Positions 12,201-23,100 of a stretch of DNA of 64,000 nucleotides are shown here, in pieces (position 1 is the first letter of the stretch; the number at the start of each line of letters is the position of its first letter). This stretch comes from a virus. The stretch is from the IMG/VR virus record IMGVR_UViG_3300008113_000012, positions 1 to 64,000 of that record. One strand, written 5' to 3'. Below the pieces are notes generated by a model. The model was not told the DNA's origin. It ran no database searches and saw nothing but the letters and a program-made list of their open reading frames with translations. The translations under genes were made by a program, and so were the position numbers.

Positions 12201-15200
12201 AGTTCTATCATAGATAAAAGATTTTTTAATCTTATATGCATTAGGGCGTAGAGTTTCTTGATATAAGACTTGCCAAGATGTTTTTCCAACAGCTCTAGAA
12301 TATGCATAGATCTTTCCATCTCTTGAGTAATTAACAGATTCGTTAGGAGCACCAACAAGAATTATGTTATTAGCTAAAGCAATTGAATGTCCGTAATCAT
12401 CTTGCGAACTGTTATTCAAGCTAGTAACTAAACTTTCTCCATATACATATTTTGTATTATAGCAATCGTAAATATCCACTCGGCCAGCATCAACTTGTGT
12501 ATTTGAAATTCTAGTTGAATTGTTATCAAATGTTGTAGAGAAACCAGTTAACGGCGACAACGGATCGTTAATGTATCTAGTTCCATACGTTGCCAATGCG
12601 CCGTCGAGTAAATCAGAGTATACATCTAATGTTGCTGTATATTCAACATCACCATTGGCGGAAAAAATCGCCAACGTATTATTTGCGCAAACTACACTTA
12701 CACCAAAATGTTCATTTAGTTCTTTTTCATTACTGAATATTACTTGTAATAACTCATAATTAGTAGAATTAAGAACTAAAACTTTTCCAGAGTTAGCAGT
12801 TAATGTATTAGAAAACGGTGCGCTAGCTATTATCTTTGAGCCGTCTGGAGTTACTGCTAGCGATTCTCCAAATCTATCTCCGCTTACAATGGATGCATCC
12901 GTATTATCAAATACTGTAGAAGTATTAATAGTTGCATCTAAGCTGTATGCAGTGCCGTTTATTTTGTAAATGTAAACCGCACCAGAATTGGTACTTGTGG
13001 CCGGTGCAGATACTGCTAACAAGGCGCCACTACTAGACATGCTAATAGAATAACCAAACTCATTACCACTACCTACAGATAACGATGTCCCAAATGATGC
13101 CCATCCAGATTCATTATTAGTTGTAATATTTGTAATATTGTTAGAGGTAATTGTTACTGTATTTTTATAAGTATATACCTTGTTGGCTGCAGAAACTGCC
13201 ATATAATATACAGTTGTAGTTCCAGTAATAGCTGATGTACTCACATCAGTTACTGTATTTCCAATAACAACTTTACTTCCAAATCTTTCATTTGCTTGAG
13301 GCGATTGGCTTGTAATGATGCTATCTAGAGAATAAGTGTTATTACCAGTTCTGTTATATATTCCAACATATCCCTGGGCAGTTAATCCGCTGCCGTCAAC
13401 ATCAGATGCACCGGCTGCTGAAATTGCAATCCATGTACCATCTGGAGAAAATGCAATGTTATTTCCAAATTCCAATCCAACGCTATCTGAACGAGTAATA
13501 TCAGGTAGTATCTGTGCATTAGGAATCCAAGTAGTAGATGACGGATCCTTTGTATATGTATAAACAATATCGTCAGCTACTGTAATTGCTGCAAACTGTC
13601 CGTTTGGTGACAGCGCGACGTGCTGACCAAAATGTGAATTAATACTAGAGTTAAAATTATTAAATGTATTTGATTTAAAAACTTTATTGTTTTTATAAAC
13701 AGTAAATAGCCCTTGACCGTTATCGTCTACCCAAACTTGCTCTCCATCTTTTAATGTAGTAGGCATTGTTGCATTAATATCGTCAATACTATTTGATCTT
13801 ACTGATACAAAATTGTAAGTTAACACTTGCGACAAGTATTCAAAAGGACTAACCCAACCTACTATGGTTGTATTAATTTTGATTAATCTATCTGAAACTT
13901 CTGTAATTTCATAAAAGCCGTTAATGAACGATGCGTTTTCAATCCCAATAACATTGCCAGCTTGTAATAAAGGTATTCTGTCACATTCAATTGTTAAAAC
14001 GTTAGCTAAGTATGTTACGTTAACTATTTTAAAATTGTTACTAGTAAATCTGTAAATGTCCCAATTCCATACTACCGTAGTTCCGTTAATGTCCACTGGC
14101 TTATTTTCAAATGCACACCAAACATAATCACCTTCTGTAAAAGTTGATATGTCTGTCCCGACAACATCAGTTAACGTATCAACATTTAATTTAACATCTT
14201 CGTATCTAACATATCCCGGTGTTCGTAAATATGGTGCAGTACCAACCATAGGCCAAGGATTATTATTGTAACCTACAGGTTTAATATATACATCAGATGG
14301 TACTTGTCTATACACAAAATCTACTACAGAAGAATCAATCGCTGATGTTAACTCAAACGGTTGTGGATTTAATTTAAATTTACTTTCATCAAGTTTAAAT
14401 TCTATTTCATCAAATATTGCAGTCGATCCGTAGTTGCCTACACGGATTGCCCATTCTTCATTGAATGTTAGACTTTCTTGATTATCTGCACTCAGTACAT
14501 CAAACAATTTACTAAAGACATTTTGTGTGCCTTTTTCAATAATCATTCCTTGATAAAATTTATATTGGCTTACATCATCTTGAATAATATTTTCAAGGTA
14601 TTGACGCTTTTGATATCCAATTAAATGCTGAGCCATTTTTTGCTGACCGGTATCAAAGTTATCGCTGTCAAGACTATAGAAGTCAGTAAACTGCATAGTC
14701 TTATATTCCCAGTTAGGCAATAATTGAGCTTCTGGTTTTTCCTCTAGTCTAATCCAATTAATACTTTCAAAATTTTCAGTTCCTACTAAAAATACACTAG
14801 CAGAATAATAAAATTCTTTGTATTTGACAATGTCACCTAAATTATAATCTGTCCAAGGTTCCCAATCTTGTAATCTGGCTTGGTCGTAGATAAATCCAGG
14901 AATGTTATATCCTCCAGTCCAGTTAGTAGAAATATATCCTAATACTTTAATGCGCTCTTGCCTGTATCCAGGTTCTAAGTCATATATTATATCATTGAAC
15001 AGTGTACTGTTATCTAATAGAACTACATGTTCTTTCTGTACAAGATAGAGAGATGCACCATAAATTCCATAGTTAGTATTAGATGGTGTTAATACAAATT
15101 TTCCACCTTCTCTAAAAGTGTTAGTAAAATCAGAATCTAATTTTTGACCATCTACTCTAAATATTTTATATTCAAAGAATTTGTCTTTAATATCATTAAC

Positions 15201-18200
15201 TACTGCATCTGTTGTGTTTAACACTAAACTATTTGCAGCAGGACTTAATGAAATGACTGCACCCACTGACCAGTTTTGTGTTGTCCAGAATAAAAATTCT
15301 TTAATTGCACTTTCCCAGTTGTTGATGTTTCTTAGATTATCATTGTATTCATCAAATACAAATCCTTGTTTTTCTAAATAAACACCGTAACCTTGTATAA
15401 AATCAACAATACTTTGTATTGTTGTAAATTTTGTACCGTAACCAATGTTTAATTCAGTTCCAGTATCCCATGCACGTCTTAATTCTGCGTCTCGTCCGCC
15501 TGTTATTGGCAATTCTGCAATTCGAGTAAAATTAGAAGTATTGAAGGTATCTTCACTTGTATGAGAAACTTTAACTCTATAATATAATCCAGATGATCTA
15601 ACTATCTTCCCAACAACATAATACTTGTTAGATTCCCATACAGAATAACTTTCAGACATTCCACCAACATTAATTGTTTTGCCAGGTAATGTATAAGGAT
15701 AGTATGTAAAGTAAGGTTGATCAATATTATATCCTCTCACTTCATATCCATCAGGATATTTGGTAATTGCTATTCCACTGTAGACAATTTTCTTAATAGG
15801 AGATGAAACGTTTGAAACAATTTGATAATTTTCTTCAGGTACAAATACACCACCTGAGCTTGCAATACTCTTACTATCTAATAACAATTTAAATTTAGGT
15901 TTCGATGTAAATCCACCTAGTTTAGAGCCTATATTGTTTGTTAATAGAGACAAGTTACTTGCATATTCTGTTACTAATAAAGTAGTGTCGCTAGAAATAT
16001 AATCAATTATATAATTGATTAATCCAGAAGTAATTGTTCTAGTTGAGCTTAGAGCAGTTGATGGTAGTTTGATATCGGCTAGTCGAATTCTTAAACCAGT
16101 ATCGGCATACACTAATTGATTATTAAGATTTCGAACAATCCTACTACGATCTAAACAAGTAGCTAAAACATGATTAGGTTTTAATAAAAGAGCAGTCTGT
16201 ATTAAAGCAAACGCATAATACGAACTTCTACGCCATGCAGATTCAACTGGGCCTACATCGCCAAAAGTATAAAATCCTTCAGCAGTTGGATTAATATAAC
16301 CTTCAACATGACTTGCATCATAAGGTGCAACTAGTTCACCGCTTTCATTAACAGGGTATCCTGATGCTAAAATTGATTTAGCAAATCGAGGTAATGTTCT
16401 AATAGGGAAGCCGGGCTCTCTAATAATACCGTTTTTAATATCATCCCATAAAATAAAGTTGTCTTTTGTATACGGCACTGGTCCGTATACTGAAGTCCAC
16501 CAACTAGGTTGAATGCTAAATCCTAAACATTCCCAAGGATGTGTGTGAGGGCGATCTGTATCTAATGTCCAGCGATATATGCCTCTCCAAAAAGCAGGAG
16601 TTGATCTACTGTCTGGAAAAGAATTATTTCTATAATTCCACGTAAATGGATTTAATCTATCCCATAATGTATTATCTTGTTTTGTATAATCTTGACTAAT
16701 GTTAGTAGTCCAGTCAAAGAAATATTGACTTAGCACTAGATCAAATTCTTCTTTTGAATAATCTGTTTCTCTACTATATCCTGGGATGAACTCATAGATA
16801 TCAAATATACTAGCGTCATACTTAATTTTAATATTATTAAAAATTCGTTTTTCTAATTCTAAAATTAATTCATCACGGTAATCATTGTATGCAACTGTTA
16901 TACTGCCATCGTGTCCTTGAATTACTCGAGTAGGTTCAAGATATGAGTCGTCGACATAGATGCTAGGCTCAAACGCAGGATATAAACCTAACTTTGTAGG
17001 TGTTGCTGGACAGAATGAACCGTCAGTTGTTTCAAACTCAAATGCTTCAATTATATCACCTTCAGCAAGTGTTGATTTAATTTCAAAAAAGTTTTCTGAA
17101 CCAAATATATAATCTCTACCGTGTACTAGCTGTTGTTCGTTTACATAAATGTTTACTGCACGATTAGTTAGAGAATTTAAATTAAATGCCGTAATTAACG
17201 GATATGTTTTTACTCTTACATCTAATACTACATATTCTGATCGAACAGCTCCCGAATGTGCAAACATGTCGGACAGGTAATAAGGTTGTGTTTTTGTTTT
17301 ATCTTTTGATAATTCTTCTAGAATATAATCAACATGTCGTCTAGGATCAGTATCTATGCCTGATTCTGAGGCAAGTGTAATAAATGCTCGTTTAAATTTT
17401 CCGTAATCTTGTCTTGATTGATTTAGTCCTTTTAACACGTTTGCAGTTTTAGAACCAAAGTGATATAAACTTAAATTTAGCGGACCACTATGCTGTACAA
17501 ATCTTGTACCATATGCAGTTAAGTTGCCTAAATTTCTAAGATTACTATACCCCGGAAAAGCTCCGGAAAAACCGTTAATATTTTCTACAATAGAATCAAC
17601 ATGATCTATTACTTCTCCAAGTGTAAATTGAGAAATATCATTGTTCAATGGATTATTTTGTAAATTTAAAGGTATTTCGTAATAACCGTTTTCATTTTTA
17701 GGTTGTGATGAATAGCATTTTAAAGTTACTATGTCGTCAGCAGTAACCGCAGTTGTTAATACTACAGACTTTCTAGCTACACCATCGACAATAGCAAATG
17801 TTTCTTTATTTTGTCTGCGTCCATTAATATAAACTTTAATTTCTAGATCATCAAGATTATCTTTAAAGTCATACATGTCTAGTGGAAAATTATTTAATAA
17901 TCCGCTTTCTTTAAAAACTCTAACAATAGGTTGCGAATTGGCAATTTCAGAAGTTGTCCATCCGTTCTGATAATTAAAACTTGCTAAGTCTTTTACAATT
18001 TTTAAAAATCCAATATTTGTATTTTTTGTTAAAACTGCTGCAATTTGTTTATAATTGAAACTGTCATTTAGTAAATTAAATTCAAAAACAATATCGCCAG
18101 TGTTACTTACATTCCTGTAACTTAATGGAAATCCTAGAGCAGTATCGTTGCTACCTGTTCCAATTTTGTAAGAAAACAATTTTGTTCCTGCAAAGTTAGA

Positions 18201-20186
18201 TCCATCATATGCTAGTGTATCTCCGTAGCTGTTACCGTTATTGTCAAAAATATCAAAAAGCGGCGGCTGATTAATTGTAGTTTTACGTTGTCCCAATTTC
18301 CAAGTAGTACCATTATACCAATACATAGTACCCTGATTTTCAAAACCTCTATTAACTAATACTGTTTCGTTTAATAGTGGTTGAGCGTCAGATTCTTCTA
18401 CTAGATTAATTTGTCTACTAAGTCCTGAGAAAACTTCAAGTTTATGAGCACCGTTGCCAGTGGCAAATATATCTGCACGAACAGAAAGAGATTTATCTGT
18501 AAATAGTCTTAATTGTGTATTGTTAACTACAAATGCATAATAAATTTTTCTATTAACTAAACCGTCAATAGAATCATTACCATTATTTAAATATGTTATT
18601 TGATTGCCTGTAGTTAACCCATGAGGAGTAGTGCAGGTTATAATATCGTTTGCAATGTCAATTCCTAACAATGCATTAAATTCTATCTGTCGTCCAGGAT
18701 TTGTAACTGTTAAAAATTTAACTTTATAAATTTTATCATTGACAAATCTATCAGTGTCAGCAGTAAATAAAATTCGCATACCGTCAGACACATTGACTCC
18801 GTCAATGTTGTATCCTGGTGTACCTTCGATAGTAGAAAATACATCAGTAGTAAATGTATCGATCAAATCAACATTAAGTTTAGCCTTGTGACCAAAATTA
18901 AATAATTTAACGCCAGCTTCAAATTCAATAATTGGTCTGATTGCTCGTTGTGCTTGATCTAACTCGGGAACAACTCCTTGAGCTTTTGCCGTTGCAATAA
19001 CTACATCTTGATGGAACCATCGATTATATCTTGCCCATTGATTTCTATCAGGACTTGCTCTGTTTACTAGGACATAGTCTTTATCGCGTGGAAACGATGT
19101 AAGAGTACTAAACGGTGAAGCATCAAACGGTTCGTCATCAAATAATAGAGATGTCTCTTGAGAATAATCACTTATAATTTCAAGGTCATCACTTGATACT
19201 AATTTAATTGACGAACCAACTCCCTCTACATACCAGTATCCGGTAGCGTATTGTTCAGGAACAACTACGCCTGTGAAGAATAATTTCATTCCATTAGTTA
19301 ATTCTGTACCACTAGATAAAGTATAAGTTTTTTTGCCAAGTACATCTGCAGTTACATCTAAAAATGCGTTTTCATCAATGTCTTTTATTTCAAATACACC
19401 TCCAGTGTTTGCGTCTGCTTCACTAACGTAAAATAATACATCAGGAGAATTTAACGGAACTTTAAAAGTAATCACTCCGTTAGTAACACCTGATGCAGAA
19501 ACTCCATTTGTATATTTTTCCAACTCACCAGCAACTCTAGTAGTTTTAATTGTAAAAGGATTATTATTTGCAGAAATTTCAAAATAATAAGTTTGTCCTC
19601 TGTACAAAGTTAATGTAGGATTACGAGACAGGCTATTGAACAAATAAACATAATTGTCGCCTTGATCTTCAATGGTAATAGTATAAGTGCTCTCAATGTC
19701 TTGTTGCTGTCCTTGAACTTCTAATGATGCAGGACCGTAAGGTAACCAGTAGTACTGTTGAAAGTTTACAAATTTGTCCCAGCAAATATGAGGATTCCAT
19801 GAATAAAATTCTTGTTTGTTTAATCTTTCGTGATTTGTTACATTGCCACCAGCAACATTTATATGATTAATATGATCAACATAATCTTTATAAAAATTTG
19901 TATTTCCGAGATAATCTTGAATTACTGCTACAGGTTCTAATTGATAATTTTCTCTGTTGTTATCAGTGCCTGAAATAAAAACGTCAGACGCTTTTGCTGC
20001 TTTAGAATTTTTTCTTCCAACATAGCCTGTTATTTTTTTAGCTTTACCTGGCTGCAATAACTGATCTAACGTAGCTGAAAAGAATTTCTTATTGCTGTCA
20101 GTTCTATAAAAACGAGGCAATAGATCAGATGTTTTTCTTTCATCACTATTAGATAGTGGCAATTTTGGTTCGTCTTGATTAGCCAT
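6225..20186 (-). CDS. Giant (4653 aa) baseplate wedge/scaffold protein at the gp7 position, carrying accessory adhesin-type domains
   Basis: Uninterrupted 13.96-kb ORF directly downstream of and coupled to the gp6 homolog. Contains FG-GAP-like repeats, W..Y..G.IV.(Y) CBM-like motifs and GxGY...P.(V/I).I repeats. Confidence 0.75.
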   Translation of the reverse strand: MANQDEPKLPLSNSDERKTSDLLPRFYRTDSNKKFFSATLDQLLQPGKAKKITGYVGRKNSKAAKASDVFISGTDNNRENYQLEPVAVIQDYLGNTNFYKDYVDHINHINVAGGNVTNHERLNKQEFYSWNPHICWDKFVNFQQYYWLPYGPASLEVQGQQQDIESTYTITIEDQGDNYVYLFNSLSRNPTLTLYRGQTYYFEISANNNPFTIKTTRVAGELEKYTNGVSASGVTNGVITFKVPLNSPDVLFYVSEADANTGGVFEIKDIDENAFLDVTADVLGKKTYTLSSGTELTNGMKLFFTGVVVPEQYATGYWYVEGVGSSIKLVSSDDLEIISDYSQETSLLFDDEPFDASPFSTLTSFPRDKDYVLVNRASPDRNQWARYNRWFHQDVVIATAKAQGVVPELDQAQRAIRPIIEFEAGVKLFNFGHKAKLNVDLIDTFTTDVFSTIEGTPGYNIDGVNVSDGMRILFTADTDRFVNDKIYKVKFLTVTNPGRQIEFNALLGIDIANDIITCTTPHGLTTGNQITYLNNGNDSIDGLVNRKIYYAFVVNNTQLRLFTDKSLSVRADIFATGNGAHKLEVFSGLSRQINLVEESDAQPLLNETVLVNRGFENQGTMYWYNGTTWKLGQRKTTINQPPLFDIFDNNGNSYGDTLAYDGSNFAGTKLFSYKIGTGSNDTALGFPLSYRNVSNTGDIVFEFNLLNDSFNYKQIAAVLTKNTNIGFLKIVKDLASFNYQNGWTTSEIANSQPIVRVFKESGLLNNFPLDMYDFKDNLDDLEIKVYINGRRQNKETFAIVDGVARKSVVLTTAVTADDIVTLKCYSSQPKNENGYYEIPLNLQNNPLNNDISQFTLGEVIDHVDSIVENINGFSGAFPGYSNLRNLGNLTAYGTRFVQHSGPLNLSLYHFGSKTANVLKGLNQSRQDYGKFKRAFITLASESGIDTDPRRHVDYILEELSKDKTKTQPYYLSDMFAHSGAVRSEYVVLDVRVKTYPLITAFNLNSLTNRAVNIYVNEQQLVHGRDYIFGSENFFEIKSTLAEGDIIEAFEFETTDGSFCPATPTKLGLYPAFEPSIYVDDSYLEPTRVIQGHDGSITVAYNDYRDELILELEKRIFNNIKIKYDASIFDIYEFIPGYSRETDYSKEEFDLVLSQYFFDWTTNISQDYTKQDNTLWDRLNPFTWNYRNNSFPDSRSTPAFWRGIYRWTLDTDRPHTHPWECLGFSIQPSWWTSVYGPVPYTKDNFILWDDIKNGIIREPGFPIRTLPRFAKSILASGYPVNESGELVAPYDASHVEGYINPTAEGFYTFGDVGPVESAWRRSSYYAFALIQTALLLKPNHVLATCLDRSRIVRNLNNQLVYADTGLRIRLADIKLPSTALSSTRTITSGLINYIIDYISSDTTLLVTEYASNLSLLTNNIGSKLGGFTSKPKFKLLLDSKSIASSGGVFVPEENYQIVSNVSSPIKKIVYSGIAITKYPDGYEVRGYNIDQPYFTYYPYTLPGKTINVGGMSESYSVWESNKYYVVGKIVRSSGLYYRVKVSHTSEDTFNTSNFTRIAELPITGGRDAELRRAWDTGTELNIGYGTKFTTIQSIVDFIQGYGVYLEKQGFVFDEYNDNLRNINNWESAIKEFLFWTTQNWSVGAVISLSPAANSLVLNTTDAVVNDIKDKFFEYKIFRVDGQKLDSDFTNTFREGGKFVLTPSNTNYGIYGASLYLVQKEHVVLLDNSTLFNDIIYDLEPGYRQERIKVLGYISTNWTGGYNIPGFIYDQARLQDWEPWTDYNLGDIVKYKEFYYSASVFLVGTENFESINWIRLEEKPEAQLLPNWEYKTMQFTDFYSLDSDNFDTGQQKMAQHLIGYQKRQYLENIIQDDVSQYKFYQGMIIEKGTQNVFSKLFDVLSADNQESLTFNEEWAIRVGNYGSTAIFDEIEFKLDESKFKLNPQPFELTSAIDSSVVDFVYRQVPSDVYIKPVGYNNNPWPMVGTAPYLRTPGYVRYEDVKLNVDTLTDVVGTDISTFTEGDYVWCAFENKPVDINGTTVVWNWDIYRFTSNNFKIVNVTYLANVLTIECDRIPLLQAGNVIGIENASFINGFYEITEVSDRLIKINTTIVGWVSPFEYLSQVLTYNFVSVRSNSIDDINATMPTTLKDGEQVWVDDNGQGLFTVYKNNKVFKSNTFNNFNSSINSHFGQHVALSPNGQFAAITVADDIVYTYTKDPSSTTWIPNAQILPDITRSDSVGLEFGNNIAFSPDGTWIAISAAGASDVDGSGLTAQGYVGIYNRTGNNTYSLDSIITSQSPQANERFGSKVVIGNTVTDVSTSAITGTTTVYYMAVSAANKVYTYKNTVTITSNNITNITTNNESGWASFGTSLSVGSGNEFGYSISMSSSGALLAVSAPATSTNSGAVYIYKINGTAYSLDATINTSTVFDNTDASIVSGDRFGESLAVTPDGSKIIASAPFSNTLTANSGKVLVLNSTNYELLQVIFSNEKELNEHFGVSVVCANNTLAIFSANGDVEYTATLDVYSDLLDGALATYGTRYINDPLSPLTGFSTTFDNNSTRISNTQVDAGRVDIYDCYNTKYVYGESLVTSLNNSSQDDYGHSIALANNIILVGAPNESVNYSRDGKIYAYSRAVGKTSWQVLYQETLRPNAYKIKKSFIYDRTNNQLTSYIDVVDPIQGKIPGPADQELSYKTYFDPATYSFDTDRTVPNNSLLNYDDGMNWTKSQVGMLWWDLTRAKFIDNQCGNIVYRSSTWNKLYETASIDIYEWIETKYKPSEWDALSGTDKGDSLNITGKSRYGNSAYSVKKKYDSISQSFQKTYYYWVKNPTVAPDIIGRSLSAHNISRLISDPISEGYTCLALTGSNSFSLVNAANLIDGTNFNLTVQYWTVDMNYTTTNAHNQWKIVSEHPNTVLPLEIEKKWIHSLIGKDDNDRVVPDIKLPFKQRYGVGFRPRQSMFVNRVEALKQYIERVNSVLSTKLLADDYDLSDLEQFDALPTASSGTWDITIDTDAELRFVGVATLEQAQLIPIIENGRIVGADIIKAGRGYVNAPYVSIETNTQGRNAILRTQINANGQVASVEVVNSGEGYLEGILETRLIVRPFTVLVISDSNTFNKWSTHTWNANTLKWDRSKGQSYDVTRYWKYIDWYATGYNQFTKIDYVVENTYELATLDVSVNSIVKVNNIGTGGWLLLEKYNTLVTIDYTQNYKVIGRNNGTIQFSDILYNYGSIGFDSALFDSEIYDNLAEAELKIIIYTLRDKILVDELRVDYLKLFFASVRYALHEQTFIDWAFKTSFVKATHNVGSLKQKVNYNSDNLENFEDYIKEVKPYRTQVREYVSSYTGLDNSQTSVTDFDLLPTIDLRFKVTPIDVKINSLGEIESESPELLTYPWKHWYDHVGFTVKSIELVDGGAGYIENPVVKIEGGFGQGATANAYIANGKVNRIQLVSNGTGYLKAPTITIEGGLAVGGTAARASVIIESEVVRANKISIKFDRITKTYFISEITETESFTGTGSRLQWPLKFSPEIKIDKDCYVRVNGIDLLRDDYALSTKTSTARGYTSYSGLLTLTSAPEVGAVVEITYKKNVVHLSATDRINFYYSPESGMYGKDLAQLMTGIDYGGVNVTGLGFNISGGWDSLPWFTDSWDGFDSALDDYIVVVSTTVVKAGNFFEGRYYTIVSLGTTDWNAVAGTTNVTYTVGTQVLVVKNLGGTGTATPQYQSFKLPYTPSNGEKINVYISRYNPLVSVNISSVIVSPLDTTSVWITTATPHNLTDNMFVRITGVTTGNYTGTYRIRQVIADNRFSITLDAIAVLGTGGAVVGYSYDPFIRIDDPDFVSYPMANKPNVVMDTIVGNGTTSIVNLPSLNLTINNGDKIIFRKSTSDGSFAPQPGEYDTQLSGGDLAYSSATGISPDDIILDGDGFVTPMTSAAPEEIVPGYITDAVAIKVYQLPTSGSAKIYFKNQYGNGVTNEFTIGQILNNFASIFVKIDNVILKQGIDYTVNWQAQTITLTVIPASMKIVSIISFGVAADNLMDTNYFVADGTTSEYITAAAWQLQGLGSVVLVDGLAVSYELFNTNDSYDSPGKVGIRFGSSIAEGSLITYMITSDQNQAASIIRSETIAGNGLNKEFALTNPVGIKEPAANNVLVIQDGQILQPSVTEYFTLADDVLNYALTTYKSRPYVSTPTDYKVYVDGIELAYGSDYIFDIAVMSVNLRKSVYKDGALLTVSSFANADYTIDSGFIRFVTAPPTLSSTEVISFFNHDVEEIQRTAEFTSFSGSIVPGSYDYYRYENLLGKRFKLNRTVAIDDYVWIIKNNQLLTHSIDYYLDSDLVTIKLKTALLTSDMLDVICFSDRIVNASYGYMQFKDMLNRVHYKRISKAKSTRLARDLQQKDLNIYLVDGNNLSPPNPALNLPGIIEINGERIEYFTKVGNVLGQLRRATLGTGAPALHRVRTIVLDIGPSETIPYKDRIISDTVISNGVDATISLNFTPSTFTTEYQYQGREMTANETTTLVKNSVEVFASGYRLKKNNYTLFKESNGYPYSPAVPISELSPVGTTKEGDIKLAAEFTINNSSNNVTLTTAADEEAQVTVVKKVGHIWNRNDEDLTYANTDIANFIKNTETIFSQYLVDKYQYVLATDEGVTLLTDDNEPLELD

Positions 20187-23100
20187 TAGTTATTTCCTGC
20201 ACTTGTTATTGTTTGTTGACTTGTTATTCTTGCGGTAGTTGTAATTAATCCGGAACTCTTTATCTTACTAGCTGTGATTGCAGTAATAACTTCAATGTCA
20301 TCTACTGTTGCACCGTTAATAAAAATTTGATCTTTTTCAGCTCTTATTTCGTACAAACTACCAAATGTAAGAGTTGACTGTTTAGGAACTATGATAAAAT
20401 TTACTATGTTAGGCGCTAGTCTATTCATAACATACGCTGAAAGCTCTGTAAAGTAAAAGTTGCCGCCAAAATCCCAATTTTCTAATGCAAAAAATTCGTT
20501 GATTGCAGATAAAACTTTCGACTTAGCATCGTTGTCGCTGATAACAACTTCTGCATTTTTAACAATTTTAAAAACTGCTTGCACATCTGGACTAGCTTTT
20601 GATCCAAATAATACTTTATATTTTACTGGATGATAAATGATCTCATCTGAAATTGATTTAATTTTATTCAAATCAGTTGATAACATATTGTATAGAAAAT
20701 CAGAACTAGGTGCTAGAGGCTCTGTTGCAATAGTGTCATCTAACCATTCTCTAAATGTCTTGTCATAGTCTTTAGTTAAAATAAACACATCGACCATATT
20801 AGTCAATCCTGGATCAATTCTTGACTCATAGTCTGCATTATGAATATATTGGAATTTAATATTTGCTCGGCCGAAGTACACTCGATAATTTAAAGACACT
20901 ACAAATCCATTTACTAGACTATATTGTTTAACAACATTTGTATCTATAAAATAATAATACTGTCCGTCAACTCCACTTAAAGGTTGTGTGTTTAAAATTA
21001 ATACAGTGTTATTAGAATTATCAATCCAGCGGTAGTCTTCTTGTCCTTGCTCAATTATATACAATTCAAGTACTACATATTTTTCATTGTTTGCAACAGG
21101 ATTTAAAGGATCTGCAGGATCAACAATTTCATCAAAGATATTAGGATCGTCAACAATGCTGTCATCGTCAGTATCTGCAAAGGTTACTTCAATTTTTTTA
21201 GTATCAACATAACCGTCAAGTCCTTTGAACTCTTCAGTAATTTCCCATTCTCTATCATAGGTAAAAGGTATAGTGTCACTTGGCTGTGTGTTAATGCTTA
21301 AAATTTTAATTTTATCTTTAACAATTGTATTTGTTCTAGTATCATAAATTTTATCACTAGCATCAAAATAGAAACGTATTTGCTGATCACTTTCAAATAT
21401 AAATCTTAGTAGTCTAGATTTAACAGTATAAAATTCAGTATCAGTAGTAAACAATATCATCCAACTAGAATCTGATTGTTGGTTACTGTTGCTTCCTTGA
21501 TTACCTAGGTTAAAATTACTAGCAGTGTCTAAATTAACTTCAAAGATAATTTTCCAGACTCTGCTCTCAACATCATATCGAAGTCCAAACGGCTTGTTCG
21601 AAAATACTAGGTCGACCATTGTAGCAACTGTACTGTCATCGATCGTTGTTCTCCATGCAGGTACAATCTGTGCAAGTCTAGCCAATGTTGGTACTATATC
21701 ATTTAATATAATTGTGCCTGACCCGTCAGCTAATATGCCAGTGCCATTGTTTGTTCCGTCGCCACTAATTGATACAATCTTACACCATATAGTAGTTGCA
21801 GCATTAAGAGGAAACTGTGTTCCTGATAAGACTGTTACTATCTGATTATTATTACTTCTATCAAAGTATTGGGTAGTAGGATCAGCAACTGTAAATTTAA
21901 CCAATGCGCCAGGTGTAGCAAATCTTAATAATGTACTTGTGTATACTCCTGTTTTGTAAGGAGTATTTGGTTCAGGTGCGGTGCCACCAATATAACCAGT
22001 TGATTGATTAACATCTGTTGTTTTATTATACCAAGAAACACTTAGTGACTCGGTTGCAATTTTAGTAAATTTTGAATAATAGAAATCTCTAAGTTGTTTT
22101 GATTTTAAAGTTTCCAACAGTTGATTATAGATTACTGCTTGTATATCTGTACGAGTAGCATAACTGAATCTAAAACTGTCAGTGTATTCTTCTTTATACA
22201 GGGCACCATCGTCAGCAAATAAGTTTGTTTTAGAGTATTTTCCAGTTGGGTCAACTAGATCAAAATAACGACTAATACCGCTAGATGTGCGATTAATTGC
22301 TTTAACTTTGACTACTTGTTGATTAACACTTAAGGGAGTAATGTTGTAATCTTCCCCAGTAATCATACGATTCTGCGTGTAATACGTTGCAGGTGCATTA
22401 GCTTTAATGCTGTCGTTTGATTCTGTAGCTGCTGAATTTGCTACAGATGTTTGAAGGCTTACAGTTACTGATAATGTTTCTACTTGATTAAAATTAGAAA
22501 CATAAGGTATTTCAATTGTTACATTTCTAATGTCTTTAGGATTAATAGTAAACGCAATTCCAGTGCTTTGTCTGTAATATGTACGGAATGTGCCTCTTGG
22601 TAGATTACCAAAAGTACCGTCACTAAAAGACAAACTAACTTTGTCTTCGGCTTTTGTAATAACAGAATAAATGTTTCTTATAGATTTTTTTAGACTGTTA
22701 TAGATTGTATTGTTGCCTTCTAAAGACGAAATTTTAGCCCAATATTCCGACTCTTGGCCTTGACTATCAAGTTTGTATAACCAGACGTCATCATTATTAA
22801 TATTAATTGCATCAATATCAACAATTTCGTTCGTGCTAGGCTGGTCAATGGTAAATGTGCCTTGATTTAAAATGCCCTGACGGAAATGTATAAAGAATCC
22901 AGTATTAGTGCTACCGTTTCCTTTTCCGTCATTTCGGTAGATAAATGCCAGTCTATTTCCTACAGCAGGTGGTTCTTCATACAAATAAGTCTGATCCTTA
23001 AATGTTGTTGATACGATTTCAAAAGGTAAATTCCTGCCGTCTACTGATTTGTTAAATCCATAAACAGGAACATCAAGATTGCTGGCTTGAAAACGATATT

